Source: Planctomycetota bacterium (GTDB lineage: Bacteria; Planctomycetota; UBA8108; SXIK01). Taken from it: a stretch of 64,000 bases of DNA. The notes below the pieces were generated by a model. The model saw only the letters and a list, made by a program, of their open reading frames with translations. It ran no database searches and was not told where the DNA came from. Below, in pieces: positions 27,480 to 37,216 of this stretch. A program made the position numbers and the translations under genes. The first letter of the stretch is position 1; the number at the start of each line of letters is the position of its first letter. The stretch covers positions 8,416,001 through 8,480,000 of the forward strand of contig OZ244999.1 of NCBI GenBank assembly GCA_965223265.1. Direction: 5' to 3'.

Positions 27480-30400
27480 TCAATCGACGAACATCAGTTC
27501 GTTCGTCAGCAAAAGCACCTGCGCCAATTGTCCCCAGGGCGCCAAGGTGTCGACGTCTTCTCGATTCCGATTCTCCTCATCGAACGCACGACGCGCACGT
27601 TCAATAAATTTCATGGCGCCATTTAGCTCGGCCGCATTGGGGTCGCGACGGAGTATGCGGCGGTAGAGTGAAGTCACGCCGCGCGAAGTTTCTTTACGGT
27701 GGCCGTGGTTGCTGGCCTGACGTTCACCGCTGGCTCGCGCAACCGACTCGCCGAGCGCTCTCGCCTGGGTGACAACGAATTCGCTGTTGAGTCCAAAGAG
27801 TGCTTGCTGGGGCACGGTCGTCTCTGGTCGCTTTGCGACCGACTGATCCGGCACGGCGAAATCGAAGGAGCGAAAGAGTCCCGGCAAGTTCTGTCGGTCG
27901 ACGAGGCCGTAGATGGTGCGCCGTCGGTTCTTTGGATCGGCCGCAATGTCAACGGGACGTCCGAAGAGGCGTCGATCGAGGCGACCAGCAACCGAAAGCA
28001 ACGTGTCGCGCATCGACTCGAAATCGAGACGGCGACGGTGCGCCCGCCAAAGCAGACGGTTGTCTGCATCAACCGCCGCGCACGACTCTCGGTCGCGACT
28101 CGCTTGTTGATAAGTGCGCGACAGGACGATCTCCCTGTGAAGTGCCTTGATCGACCAACCGCTATCCACGAAACGTGCGGCGAGATAATCGAGTAGCTCC
28201 GGGTGCGTCGGTGGGTCACTGCGGACGCCGAAGTCGCTGGGAGTGTCGACGAGCGGACGTCCAAGGTGGTGCATCCAAACGCGGTTGACGAGCACCCGGC
28301 TCGCGAGCGGGTTGTCTCGACTCGCGATAGCTTGGGCGAGTTCGAGGCGCCCACTACCGCGTGTGAAGGGCGTGCGGCGACCCTGAGTCAAGATCTCAAG
28401 AAAACGTCGCGGCACCCTTTTGCCCGGCTCGCGCGGATTGCCGCGCACGAAAACCCTGGGATCGTAAAGTTCCGAAGCATCGACGAGTACCATGGCGCGG
28501 GCTGGAGCGGCAGCGTTCTTCACTGCCATCTTATCGATCTCCAGCAACAGATTGTGGTACTTGCCACGATTGACGCGAGCCATGTAGAGGAACGTTTTTG
28601 TCTTTGGGATGTGCGTCGGACTTTCCCGCGAGGTCAGCAGCGCGAGAAGTTGGCGACGAGCCGTCTCGTGGGCGTCGTTCCTGCCGCCGTTCGCGTCGTT
28701 GCCATGCGCCGCGTCCTCCTCCGGCCCACCGACCGTTGGGTCGGCCTTCAACTTCTGCGCCTCGAGGTAGACGTTGGCGAGAACACTTCCATAGAGCTGA
28801 CCTACGTCCCCGCGGCTTTGGATTTCGTCTTTTTCCAAGGCCCGTTGAAGGATGGGATTGATTTCGCCCTTTCGCGTGCCTGGCGGCACATTTTGCCATC
28901 GTGCAACGATGTCACGTGCCCGCACTTTGAGCTCTTCCTCCGGCAGTCGCAGAAGGTCGTGCCACGGTCCGAAAACGGGATCGTCGGGGCGCGCACGCGC
29001 GTTGATGAGGCGCCGCCAACGCGCGATGATCTGCGGTCGGAGGTCGTCTGGCGAGAGAGACAAAAAGAAGATCGAAGTCTCAAGAATGTCCGGTTCGGTC
29101 GTTGCCACGTGAGTTAGGTAATCCGGAGTTCGGCGACGAGCTTGGTCAGTGAGCGCGACGCGCTGCGAGTCGATGTGTTGCGTCAGTTCTTTGCGTTTCG
29201 CCGCGACTTCCTTCTCGAACTTGATGGCGTCCGGAGTCGTTGCCGCCTCGATGAGCGGTTCTTCCACCGGCCGTTCGCTGCTCGCGAACACGCCGTAGAG
29301 GGAGTAGTAGTCCTCGGTGGGAATCGCATCGTATTTGTGGTCGTGACAGCGTGCGCACGAAACGGTGAGTCCGAGCAACCCGCGCGTCACGGTGTCAATG
29401 TGATCGTCGTAGATGTCGTGCGCATTGTTGTCGAACAGACGCCCGAGAGTGAGAAACCCCATCGCTGCAAGTCGCCATGCTTCGCCCTTCGTCTCGGTTT
29501 GATCGGCGGCGAGTTGGTCGCGGATAAACTCGTCGTAAGGGAGATCCTCGCTGAAAGCGCGGACAACGTAGTCGCGATAAGTGTAGGCGAACGGGCGAAT
29601 TGCATCTTGGCCGAGCACCAACACGAGGTCCTTGGTGTCTGCGTAACGTGCGACGTCGAGCCAGTGCCTTGCCCAGCGTTCCGCGTAGGCTGGCGAGGCG
29701 AGCAAGCGGTCGACGACTTTGGTGATCGCTTCCGGAGAAGAATCGTTCGTGAATTCGTCGACGGTCTCAAAGCTCGGTGGCATGCCGAGGAGGTCGGAGT
29801 AAAGCCGCTCGATCAGAGTGCGTGCATCTGCTCGCGGCGAGGGTTTCAGGCCCGCAGCCTCAAGCCGCGACAGGATGAATCGATCGATCGGCGCTTCGCC
29901 CCACTCGGTGTCGTTGACCTGAGGAAGGTCAGGGTGCACGACCGGCTGGTACGCCCAGTGATCGCGTGCATCGCTGCCCGCTCGTGGCGTTGTGCGTGAA
30001 GCTGCACGCTCTGATTCTATCGCTGCTCCGTGGCGTGGATCCGGTGCCCCGAGTTGAATCCAGCGCTCAAATTCGGCGATGACCTTAGCCGGAAGTTGGC
30101 GCCTCGGCGGCATCTCTGGTCCCTTGTAGCGCAGCGCAGAGAGGAGCAAACTGGCGCTGGGTTCCCCGGGAACGACAGCAGGTCCGCTGTCTCCCCCGCG
30201 GCGCATGGCAGCGCGGGAGTCGAGACGCAGCCCGCCCTTCAAAGATTTTGCGTCAGCTGAGTGACACTCGTAACACTCACCTGCGAGCACGGGGCGGATA
30301 CTTTTCTCAAAGAGTTCGATGCCTGCGGGGTTGTCTTCTGGGGCTTGCGCCAGCCAGCAGGTGAACAGGGCGATGGCTGCGTTGGTCACTCGACGTCTCC

Positions 30401-30485
30401 TTCGAGACCATTGTCGCGGATCGTGGCATGGATTTCTATGCGGACCTGTTGTGCTGCCGGGCCGCGTTGTGCGCCCGTACCTCAC
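27480..30485 (-). CDS. Planctomycete cytochrome c + DUF1549 + DUF1553 (PSCyt1/PSCyt2/PSD1) protein
   Basis: CYECH..KGGLRLDS, HWAYQP, ERWARHWLDVARYAD, CARCHDHKYD, NRVWMHHLG, PTHPELLDYLA. Confidence 0.93.
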   Translation of the reverse strand: MRYGRTTRPGSTTGPHRNPCHDPRQWSRRRRRVTNAAIALFTCWLAQAPEDNPAGIELFEKSIRPVLAGECYECHSADAKSLKGGLRLDSRAAMRRGGDSGPAVVPGEPSASLLLSALRYKGPEMPPRRQLPAKVIAEFERWIQLGAPDPRHGAAIESERAASRTTPRAGSDARDHWAYQPVVHPDLPQVNDTEWGEAPIDRFILSRLEAAGLKPSPRADARTLIERLYSDLLGMPPSFETVDEFTNDSSPEAITKVVDRLLASPAYAERWARHWLDVARYADTKDLVLVLGQDAIRPFAYTYRDYVVRAFSEDLPYDEFIRDQLAADQTETKGEAWRLAAMGFLTLGRLFDNNAHDIYDDHIDTVTRGLLGLTVSCARCHDHKYDAIPTEDYYSLYGVFASSERPVEEPLIEAATTPDAIKFEKEVAAKRKELTQHIDSQRVALTDQARRRTPDYLTHVATTEPDILETSIFFLSLSPDDLRPQIIARWRRLINARARPDDPVFGPWHDLLRLPEEELKVRARDIVARWQNVPPGTRKGEINPILQRALEKDEIQSRGDVGQLYGSVLANVYLEAQKLKADPTVGGPEEDAAHGNDANGGRNDAHETARRQLLALLTSRESPTHIPKTKTFLYMARVNRGKYHNLLLEIDKMAVKNAAAPARAMVLVDASELYDPRVFVRGNPREPGKRVPRRFLEILTQGRRTPFTRGSGRLELAQAIASRDNPLASRVLVNRVWMHHLGRPLVDTPSDFGVRSDPPTHPELLDYLAARFVDSGWSIKALHREIVLSRTYQQASRDRESCAAVDADNRLLWRAHRRRLDFESMRDTLLSVAGRLDRRLFGRPVDIAADPKNRRRTIYGLVDRQNLPGLFRSFDFAVPDQSVAKRPETTVPQQALFGLNSEFVVTQARALGESVARASGERQASNHGHRKETSRGVTSLYRRILRRDPNAAELNGAMKFIERARRAFDEENRNREDVDTLAPWGQLAQVLLLTNELMFVD

Positions 30486-30555
30486 AGAAGTCGATCACGC
30501 AGCGGACACGCGGAGACACGCGATCAGGTATGACGCCGCCGGGCGGCACTCACCG

Positions 30556-31029
30556 TTATTTGGGGTCGTCGTCAGGTCGGAGCGATTTGCGGTAGTTGAC
30601 GCACCGATCAACAACTTCGAATCCGAGCGCGCTGTGCGCGGCCTGCGAGTCTTCGCTGTCGATCCACGTGTCGGAAGCGAGTTCGACGCAGCCATGTTCG
30701 GCGGCCCAAGCCTCGGCTCGCGCTACGAGCGCGCGGCCGACCCCTTGCCCTCTGTGCTCCGGGGTGACATACCAGCCTTCGATGAAGCCGCACGGTTTCG
30801 ACGGGTCGCAACCATCGGCATGAGAGCGTAGGCCGATCTCGATGAAGCCGATGGCTACGCCTTTCTCCTCGGCGACCATGATGGCGACGGGTAGCGTACT
30901 GCAGGGGCATCCGGACAGAGTCGCTTCGACCTCGATTCGATGCTGATCCGGCGAGACCCGCGGCCAGAGAGTTGAACGAAGAGTGACGACTGCGTCGCGG
31001 TCGTCGATCCGGGCGACTCGGATTTGCAT
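30556..31029 (-). CDS. GNAT acetyltransferase, aminoglycoside 6'-N-acetyltransferase type I-like
   Basis: LRSTLWP, LRSHADGC..GFIEGWYV, RGQGVGRAL, ELASDT, SQAAHSALGF. Confidence 0.85.
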   Translation of the reverse strand: MQIRVARIDDRDAVVTLRSTLWPRVSPDQHRIEVEATLSGCPCSTLPVAIMVAEEKGVAIGFIEIGLRSHADGCDPSKPCGFIEGWYVTPEHRGQGVGRALVARAEAWAAEHGCVELASDTWIDSEDSQAAHSALGFEVVDRCVNYRKSLRPDDDPK

Positions 31030-31103
31030 TGCTATGATTGAAGTCCACTCGTGGCGACGAACGTGTACCGTGGGGTGTTAACACCACTTTTTCAGGTAGG
31101 GTG

Positions 31104-34100
31104 TCAACGTTCTTCATCGACGACTACACCAGTCACCGCCATGAGATTGCAGCGCGTGGAGCGCTGCGAACCCTTTAGATGCTTTGGGTCGATGATGATT
31201 CTTTGCACTCTCTTGGAGAGGGCCGGCTCAACGAAACTCTCGAACAGCGCCGCGTCCCTTCGGGGGCGCAGACCGCGGCGATCGTGTGCTCCCATGTAGT
31301 ATCGCTGCATGTCGTTGAGTGCGATGGCGGAACCTGTTCGCAGCCCCCCGCCAGCCGTGTCTTCGAGGTCAAGGCCGAAGTCGTCGCACCAGTCATCGAC
31401 TTGCACGGTATGTGCGCTTCGTGTCCCATCCTCGTACTCGAGCGCTAGGGGCATGTCAATGTCACCATTGCCGCATGACGCGAGAAATCGAAGTACGGTG
31501 TAGCGTCGGTGCGGCACCGAGATCCGCAGCACACCACTGTCTCCAGGGACGAGTTGAACTGCATTCCTTTCTCCGTAGGCTGCTAATCGGTGGATTCCCA
31601 CGATGCGATCCTGTGGTAGACCGACCGCCCCTGCATCGTCACCAGACGGGAATCCCTCTTCGACGAGCAGCAAGCCCTCTGCGTCGAATTTCCCGTTGTC
31701 GTCGTCGTTTTGGTTCATGACTACGTCGCTCGTGAAATACGGCGCGAGCTCGATGCGGACGACTTCGAATGAATACTCCCCTGTCGTGAAGCTGCGCTCG
31801 GGACTCAACAGTTCGGAGCCCAGTGATGTGTGAAAGCCGACGCGCCAGCGATAGGTCGTTTCTGGCCGCAGGAGTCCGCGGGGCGTGCGAAACCTGCTCA
31901 GCGACCCAATGCTGGTCATATCGACGACAAGACTTCGTTCGAAATCACCACCCTCCTCGCCGATCTGCCACCGACTTGCGACGTGTCGGACGTCATCGTC
32001 GAGATGTTTCAGTGGCTCGGCTTCGAGGACGGCGCGATCGCTGCTCACAACCGCCTCCAGCGTCCGTGGTCGCGGTGGGGTTACATAGGCCTCGATTCCG
32101 GCCGGAGCACCTCGCGAAATCTCCTTCATCAGCATTTGCCTAGCGACTTCTTTCGTCTCGCTCTGGACAAGATTCTCCCAAAGGCGCACGAACGGGAGCG
32201 GGTCCGAGCGGTTGTGCGCGATCGCCGCTCTGAATGCCTCGACAGCTTCCACGGGAGAACCCTCGTCTGCATGTACGCGCCCCTCGAGATATGCCGCGAG
32301 CGATTGATTCTCCTGCGCTTCGAGAGCCCGGCGAAACGAATCAAGACGGGCGCGATCCTCCTCAGCACTGCGTACGGGCCAGGCGACCACCTCGGGAATC
32401 AACGAGAAGTCACTGCTTTGGACGCGGACGTTCAAGCCGACGAGAGCGATGAGGTTGTGCCCTGGCTGGACGACGTGGCTGATATCGATCTCGACAGGTG
32501 CGATCGGTTCGGGCGCGTTGGAGACAGTGTTCGGATCGAATCCCGCCGCCCCCGACAGATTGACGCGGGCTGCACCAACACGTTGGCCGTTGACCCACGC
32601 AACGAACGCATCGTCGGCGATGACGCGGAGTTTCACGGTCTTGAAGCGCGCGAGATTCGGGATTTCGAAGTGTTTGCGAACGCAGACGCTATCGTACGCG
32701 TCGCGCATATCCTTGAGCTCCGTCGCGTCGTCGCCGTCGCCATAGCCGAAACCGCTTGGTGCTCGTTGCCAGTCGATTTCCTCGCTCGCTCCACCTACGG
32801 AAGCATCGTCGCGAATCCACGACAGATTTTCGTCGTCGTGTTCCGTGCCGCGGCGAAAGTCCCATTCGTCACCTTCCTCTACGAGATACTCGGGGGCGCT
32901 GAGTGCGGCGTCAACGGATGCGCAGGATGCTAACTGTGGCAGAATGGCTCGGCGATACTCGCGTAGGCGCGGAGCCCAGATCGTCGGTGCTCCGGGCAAC
33001 GTCATGGCGAGCTCCAATGTTCTGACGGCCTCGACTCGTCTGCCTGCAGCGAACTCGAGCCGCGATCGCATCGCCAAAAGGAACGGGTCGCCCCTCGCTT
33101 CCAGTGCGCTACCAAGGAGCTGTTCAGCGAATGCGAACGCTTGTTGACCGTGGCGGCGCTCGAGGGCGCACCCAAGGACCTGCCACGGTTCCCAGCGAAG
33201 TACGTCGCGCTCGTCCCGACTCCTCTCTTGCCAGCCGCGTACGAAGTGGCCGATGAGTTCGTCGAGCGTCGAATCGGAAAGCGTTGCCTCCGGGGCGTTG
33301 AGGTAGCTCATGAGCTGCCTGACAACGACCTGCTCTGCCTGCTGGGTCGGCGGCCACTGAATCGCGAGCATTCGGTTGCACCAGACCAGTGACTCTTCGT
33401 ATCGATTCAGGCGGGCGTATGCGAAGGCGAAGTCTCTTAACCGCCAAATGTTCTTTGGGTCGGTTGCGAGCACGACGCGATAGTATTGTAGCCCTTCTTC
33501 GCACCGATTGACCTGATACGAACAGAGCAGATCACCGAGCGCTCGGTTCGCCCGCCAGTTGGTCGGTTCGGCGTCGACCGCGCGGCGCAGTAGAATCTCT
33601 GCGTTCTCAATGTCGTTTTGCAGCGCCAGCCAGTTCGCCAGCACGGTGAGGATGGCAGACGGGACTTCTTCGTTGTTGATCGAGCGGATGAGGTTCTGGA
33701 GGTCTGGAACGTCGTTCTCAAGAGCTTCGTAAAGACGGGCCCGCCAACTCGTCGGCCAGATGGCAGTCGCCACGGCGGTGATCGGTCGCCAGTCGTGCTC
33801 GAGATGTCTGCGCACGAGTGCCCAGTCGTCGAGTGAGAAGGAGAGATCGTCGTCGTCGGTGAGACGGGCGCTACCTAGCAGTTCCGCGGCTCGCGTCGCA
33901 GAGAGAGTGAGGAGATCGACTCCCAGCAAGGACTCAAAGGCGGCTGCGTAAGCAGCATCGATCTCACGAAAGCTTCGTTCTTCACTTTGGATACCAAGAA
34001 GGCCCAAGAGAAAGGCGTGCCGCTTTCGACCGGCTTCTATGGCAGTGAGCAACTCGCGTATTTCTGCGCGGATCTTCGGATCAACATCCTTCGTGGCTGC

Positions 34101-35552
34101 CGCCTGGGCCGTTCGCGCGGCCTCCAGGGCCGCGGCCCAACTCTCAAGTTCGTGATCGGCGGAGGTCTCGGCTCGAACGTGGAGACGGGTGACATCACGA
34201 ATCGCCTCGCGTGCCCGCGCGTTAGCCAAACGGGAGGCTTCATGGCGCTCGAACGCGACCCAGCCGACGCTGACGCCGACCGCGACGAGGGCGAGGAACG
34301 AAACAAGCAAGGCTACGGCGCGTGTTGAAGCTCGCGCGGCGCGAAGCTCGGACTTTCTCGCCTGCTCCTCAAGGGATTCGAGATACGACCTGACGGCGTG
34401 CGACACTGCTCTGGCGTCGCGCAGCCGTTTGCGCGGATCGAACTCAAGGCAGCGCCTGGCGAGTTTGATCAGGCGTGGATCTGCGCCGCAAGTATCGAGA
34501 CGCAATGCTGCACCGTCTAACCAGCCACTCTGCGCCTGCACATGGACGTGCTGGATCGTGTCGCCGACGTAAGGCGGTTTACCGGTGAGGATTTCGCAGA
34601 GAATCGCACCGAGGCCGAAGACGTCCGAACGCTCGTCGAGATCATCGACCTTTCCTCTCGCCTGTTCCGGCGGCATGTAGGCAGGTGTCCCGAGGACAGA
34701 GCCGGCGATTGACCGGGGACCGGAGTTGCCGGACGGACTGGTTTCAACGACGCGGGGGTTGCCATCCTGGTTGAGATGGGCCGGTTCTTTGGCGCCACCG
34801 CCGCTAAGGACTTTGGCCAACCCCCAGTCCATGACCTGCACCTCTCCAAACGCACCGACCATGACGTTACTTGGCTTGAGGTCTCGATGGATCACGCCGC
34901 GCGCGTGTGCGTAGGCGAGGGGCTGACAGATTTGCTCGAAGATGCCTAGGAAACGAAGGCGATCATCGGCCGGACTTTCCCTCTCTTCGAGGAGCCGGGC
35001 CAAGGTCTCACCTTTCACGAGCTTCATCGCGAAGTAGGGTTGCCTGCCGGAGAAAAGCCCCACCTCGTGTACCGGCACGATTCCAGGGTGTTGGAGTTGA
35101 CCGCCGATCTGCGCTTCCTCCATGAAACGGCGCGTCATCTCGACGTTTCGCCGGTAGTCACCCCTTAGGACTTTGAGAGCCACGTCGCGGCCGAGATCTT
35201 CATCGCGAGCCTTGAAAATGGACCCAACACCACCGCTGGCGATGCGACCAGCGATGCGGTATCGACCGATCTGCGCTGGAAGTTCTTTCGGTTCAGCCCA
35301 CGGCTCGATGCGGCTTGGTTCGTCGTTGGTTTCCGGCAGGGTGATGCGCGGGATCATGCCCGTCGCTTCGCCCAAGACCTGAACGACGCTGCGGCGGGGC
35401 GATTCGACGGGCGGCGCGCCGTCGTCTTCGTCCAGGATGATGTCGGTAGGGGCAGAGAACGCGGCGCTGAGACCTTTCGCGAGTCGGTCGTCGTCCAGAA
35501 TCGCTTCAGGGTCGACGGGCGTCGTGTCGTCGTCGGATCGGGAGTCGTTCAT
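31104..35552 (-). CDS. Large Ser/Thr protein kinase with TM segment, TPRs and C-terminal beta-sandwich/carbohydrate-binding-like domains
   Basis: ASGGVG, VALK, HRDLKPSN, DWGLAK, GTPAYMPPEQ; hydrophobic AVALLVSFLALVAVGVSVGWVAF; TPR-like helices; GFGYGDGDDATEL..ADDAFVAWVNG module. Confidence 0.92.
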   Translation of the reverse strand: MNDSRSDDDTTPVDPEAILDDDRLAKGLSAAFSAPTDIILDEDDGAPPVESPRRSVVQVLGEATGMIPRITLPETNDEPSRIEPWAEPKELPAQIGRYRIAGRIASGGVGSIFKARDEDLGRDVALKVLRGDYRRNVEMTRRFMEEAQIGGQLQHPGIVPVHEVGLFSGRQPYFAMKLVKGETLARLLEERESPADDRLRFLGIFEQICQPLAYAHARGVIHRDLKPSNVMVGAFGEVQVMDWGLAKVLSGGGAKEPAHLNQDGNPRVVETSPSGNSGPRSIAGSVLGTPAYMPPEQARGKVDDLDERSDVFGLGAILCEILTGKPPYVGDTIQHVHVQAQSGWLDGAALRLDTCGADPRLIKLARRCLEFDPRKRLRDARAVSHAVRSYLESLEEQARKSELRAARASTRAVALLVSFLALVAVGVSVGWVAFERHEASRLANARAREAIRDVTRLHVRAETSADHELESWAAALEAARTAQAAATKDVDPKIRAEIRELLTAIEAGRKRHAFLLGLLGIQSEERSFREIDAAYAAAFESLLGVDLLTLSATRAAELLGSARLTDDDDLSFSLDDWALVRRHLEHDWRPITAVATAIWPTSWRARLYEALENDVPDLQNLIRSINNEEVPSAILTVLANWLALQNDIENAEILLRRAVDAEPTNWRANRALGDLLCSYQVNRCEEGLQYYRVVLATDPKNIWRLRDFAFAYARLNRYEESLVWCNRMLAIQWPPTQQAEQVVVRQLMSYLNAPEATLSDSTLDELIGHFVRGWQERSRDERDVLRWEPWQVLGCALERRHGQQAFAFAEQLLGSALEARGDPFLLAMRSRLEFAAGRRVEAVRTLELAMTLPGAPTIWAPRLREYRRAILPQLASCASVDAALSAPEYLVEEGDEWDFRRGTEHDDENLSWIRDDASVGGASEEIDWQRAPSGFGYGDGDDATELKDMRDAYDSVCVRKHFEIPNLARFKTVKLRVIADDAFVAWVNGQRVGAARVNLSGAAGFDPNTVSNAPEPIAPVEIDISHVVQPGHNLIALVGLNVRVQSSDFSLIPEVVAWPVRSAEEDRARLDSFRRALEAQENQSLAAYLEGRVHADEGSPVEAVEAFRAAIAHNRSDPLPFVRLWENLVQSETKEVARQMLMKEISRGAPAGIEAYVTPPRPRTLEAVVSSDRAVLEAEPLKHLDDDVRHVASRWQIGEEGGDFERSLVVDMTSIGSLSRFRTPRGLLRPETTYRWRVGFHTSLGSELLSPERSFTTGEYSFEVVRIELAPYFTSDVVMNQNDDDNGKFDAEGLLLVEEGFPSGDDAGAVGLPQDRIVGIHRLAAYGERNAVQLVPGDSGVLRISVPHRRYTVLRFLASCGNGDIDMPLALEYEDGTRSAHTVQVDDWCDDFGLDLEDTAGGGLRTGSAIALNDMQRYYMGAHDRRGLRPRRDAALFESFVEPALSKRVQRIIIDPKHLKGSQRSTRCNLMAVTGVVVDEER

Positions 35553-35666
35553 GAGGTGTCTTGCCTTTCACACCTTCTCCGCGTGGCGATGCGTTTTCGC
35601 CGCGGAAAAATCGAGCGTTTCGGCTCTTTCGGCGGATCGAACCAAAGAACCGTGCTGGGGCATCTC

Positions 35667-36341
35667 TCATCCGAGGAGGTCGATCAACGCCACACACTGC
35701 CGCTGGACGTCGGCTGCGTTTCCTGGGTGATGCCGTGCGACGACTTCAACAAGAGCGGCCTCGAACTCGCGTCGCGCGCGGGCGTATTCCTTGTGCAGGC
35801 GATCCGGAGCGACCTCCCAGCGCCGGGCAATTTCGCGGATCGGAAGGTCCTCTCGAAAGCGAGCCTGGAGGAGCTCGACGCGGCGCATGGCGTCCGCCCC
35901 ATTGGCCTGCGCTCGTTCCTCCTGCAATCGCGCCGCCTCGCTGAGAATTGCCGTGGCCCACGCCCGATCGAAGACCCGGGAGAGGGACGGAGCATCAGCT
36001 TCGAGATCGTCGGGGTCGACGACGCACGGCGGACCGTCGCGCCGCGCCGAGCGTTCAAACCGCAGCGCCACGATGCGTGTGACACCGTAGAGGAAGGCAC
36101 GAAACCCGCCAGCCCGCTCACGCTCGAATCGACTGAGTGTACCGCGCTCGCGAAAGCAGTCGACGAAGACTTCCTGGACTGCGTCGTCGAGCTCCGCCAT
36201 GTATCGCGTGCCTTGCCACCGCGCCCGCAGATAGGAGCGAATCACCGGCGCGTAGCGCGTCGCGAAATCGTCGCGAGCACGAAGGTGTCCCTGGGCGGCG
36301 GCTTGAATCACGTTCCAGCAAGTCGAATCGGAAGAAGCCAT
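35667..36341 (-). CDS. ECF-subfamily RNA polymerase sigma factor (kinase-associated type)
   Basis: STCWNVIQAA, YAPVIRSYL, DDAVQEVF, GGFRAFLYGV, FDRAWA, region-4 HTH PIREIARRW. Start MASSDST at 36341. Confidence 0.88.
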   Translation of the reverse strand: MASSDSTCWNVIQAAAQGHLRARDDFATRYAPVIRSYLRARWQGTRYMAELDDAVQEVFVDCFRERGTLSRFERERAGGFRAFLYGVTRIVALRFERSARRDGPPCVVDPDDLEADAPSLSRVFDRAWATAILSEAARLQEERAQANGADAMRRVELLQARFREDLPIREIARRWEVAPDRLHKEYARARREFEAALVEVVARHHPGNAADVQRQCVALIDLLG

Positions 36342-36342
36342 C

Positions 36343-37056
36343 TCAACTGCTAATTTGAGCGATTGCGCTCTGAACCGTCGTGCGAAACTTCTCGTCCTCG
36401 TCTTCGAGCATCGTCCGCAGGGTTGGAATGGCGTCGGAGGCCGCTGGGCCGAGCGACGCCAGGAGAAGAGTCGCACAGATTCTTACTTGATAGTCTTCGC
36501 CGGGCCGGCTCGTCGGCGACTCGATCATGTCTACGAGCAGTGGCACCGTCGCTTTTTGGTGGCGCTGAGCGATGTGTGCTATCGTCGAGTAGACGAATTC
36601 AATCGAGGCATTATCGGATCGTGCTACGTCTGATTCCGTCTCGATCAGTGAATGCAAGAGGCTCAATAGTTTCCGCGCGGTCTCGACGTCGCCGTTCGCG
36701 CTGAGCCACTCGAAAGCTGCTTCCTGACGTTCCATAGAGTCGACGTAGATCTCCTCAAGAAACAACTCATTGGCTAGGGCTGGCATCCCGACAGCCGCGG
36801 CTTCCCTGGCGACTGTGTCTCGAGTTTCTTCGTCGCTTTCGTGAAAGCGACTCCGGAACCAAGCTGAGACGACTTTCTGTCCACCAAGCTCGACGAGGCG
36901 CGCGGCCAGCCGCTGTTTGCCTGTCGTCCCTTCACGTTCGAAGCGCCAGGTTGTCCACTCTCGCACGAGCGGGCGCCTCACAAACGTGCCGGTCAGGACG
37001 ACGATCGCCGTGGCGGTAAAAACGAAAACCGTCGTCTTTCGTCCGTTTCGTGGCAT
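36343..37056 (-). CDS. Membrane-anchored HEAT-repeat protein
   Basis: N-terminal TM helix; C-terminal HEAT-like repeats (LGPAASDAIPTLRTMLEDEDEKFRTTVQSAIAQI). Stop lies 1 bp from the ECF start. Confidence 0.75.
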   Translation of the reverse strand: MPRNGRKTTVFVFTATAIVVLTGTFVRRPLVREWTTWRFEREGTTGKQRLAARLVELGGQKVVSAWFRSRFHESDEETRDTVAREAAAVGMPALANELFLEEIYVDSMERQEAAFEWLSANGDVETARKLLSLLHSLIETESDVARSDNASIEFVYSTIAHIAQRHQKATVPLLVDMIESPTSRPGEDYQVRICATLLLASLGPAASDAIPTLRTMLEDEDEKFRTTVQSAIAQISS

Positions 37057-37139
37057 GGAACGGTCTCCTGGAGGGCGGCGAACGACTTTAGGCTCTCACC
37101 TGTGCTTTGGCGGCCGCAAAAGAAATCTCAAGAGACCTC

Positions 37140-37167
37140 TTGCATTTGACCGAACGTTCGGTATGAT
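37140..37167 (+). promoter_or_regulatory. Putative sigma70 promoter of tetR overlapped by operator palindrome ACCGAACGTTCGGT
   Basis: TTGCAT (37140-45), 16-bp spacer, TATGAT (37162-67); perfect 14-bp palindrome at 37149-37162. Confidence 0.7.
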
Positions 37168-37216
37168 CTGTGCACAGGGACCTAGTAAGGTCAAAACCAA
37201 GAAGACCAGAACAGAA

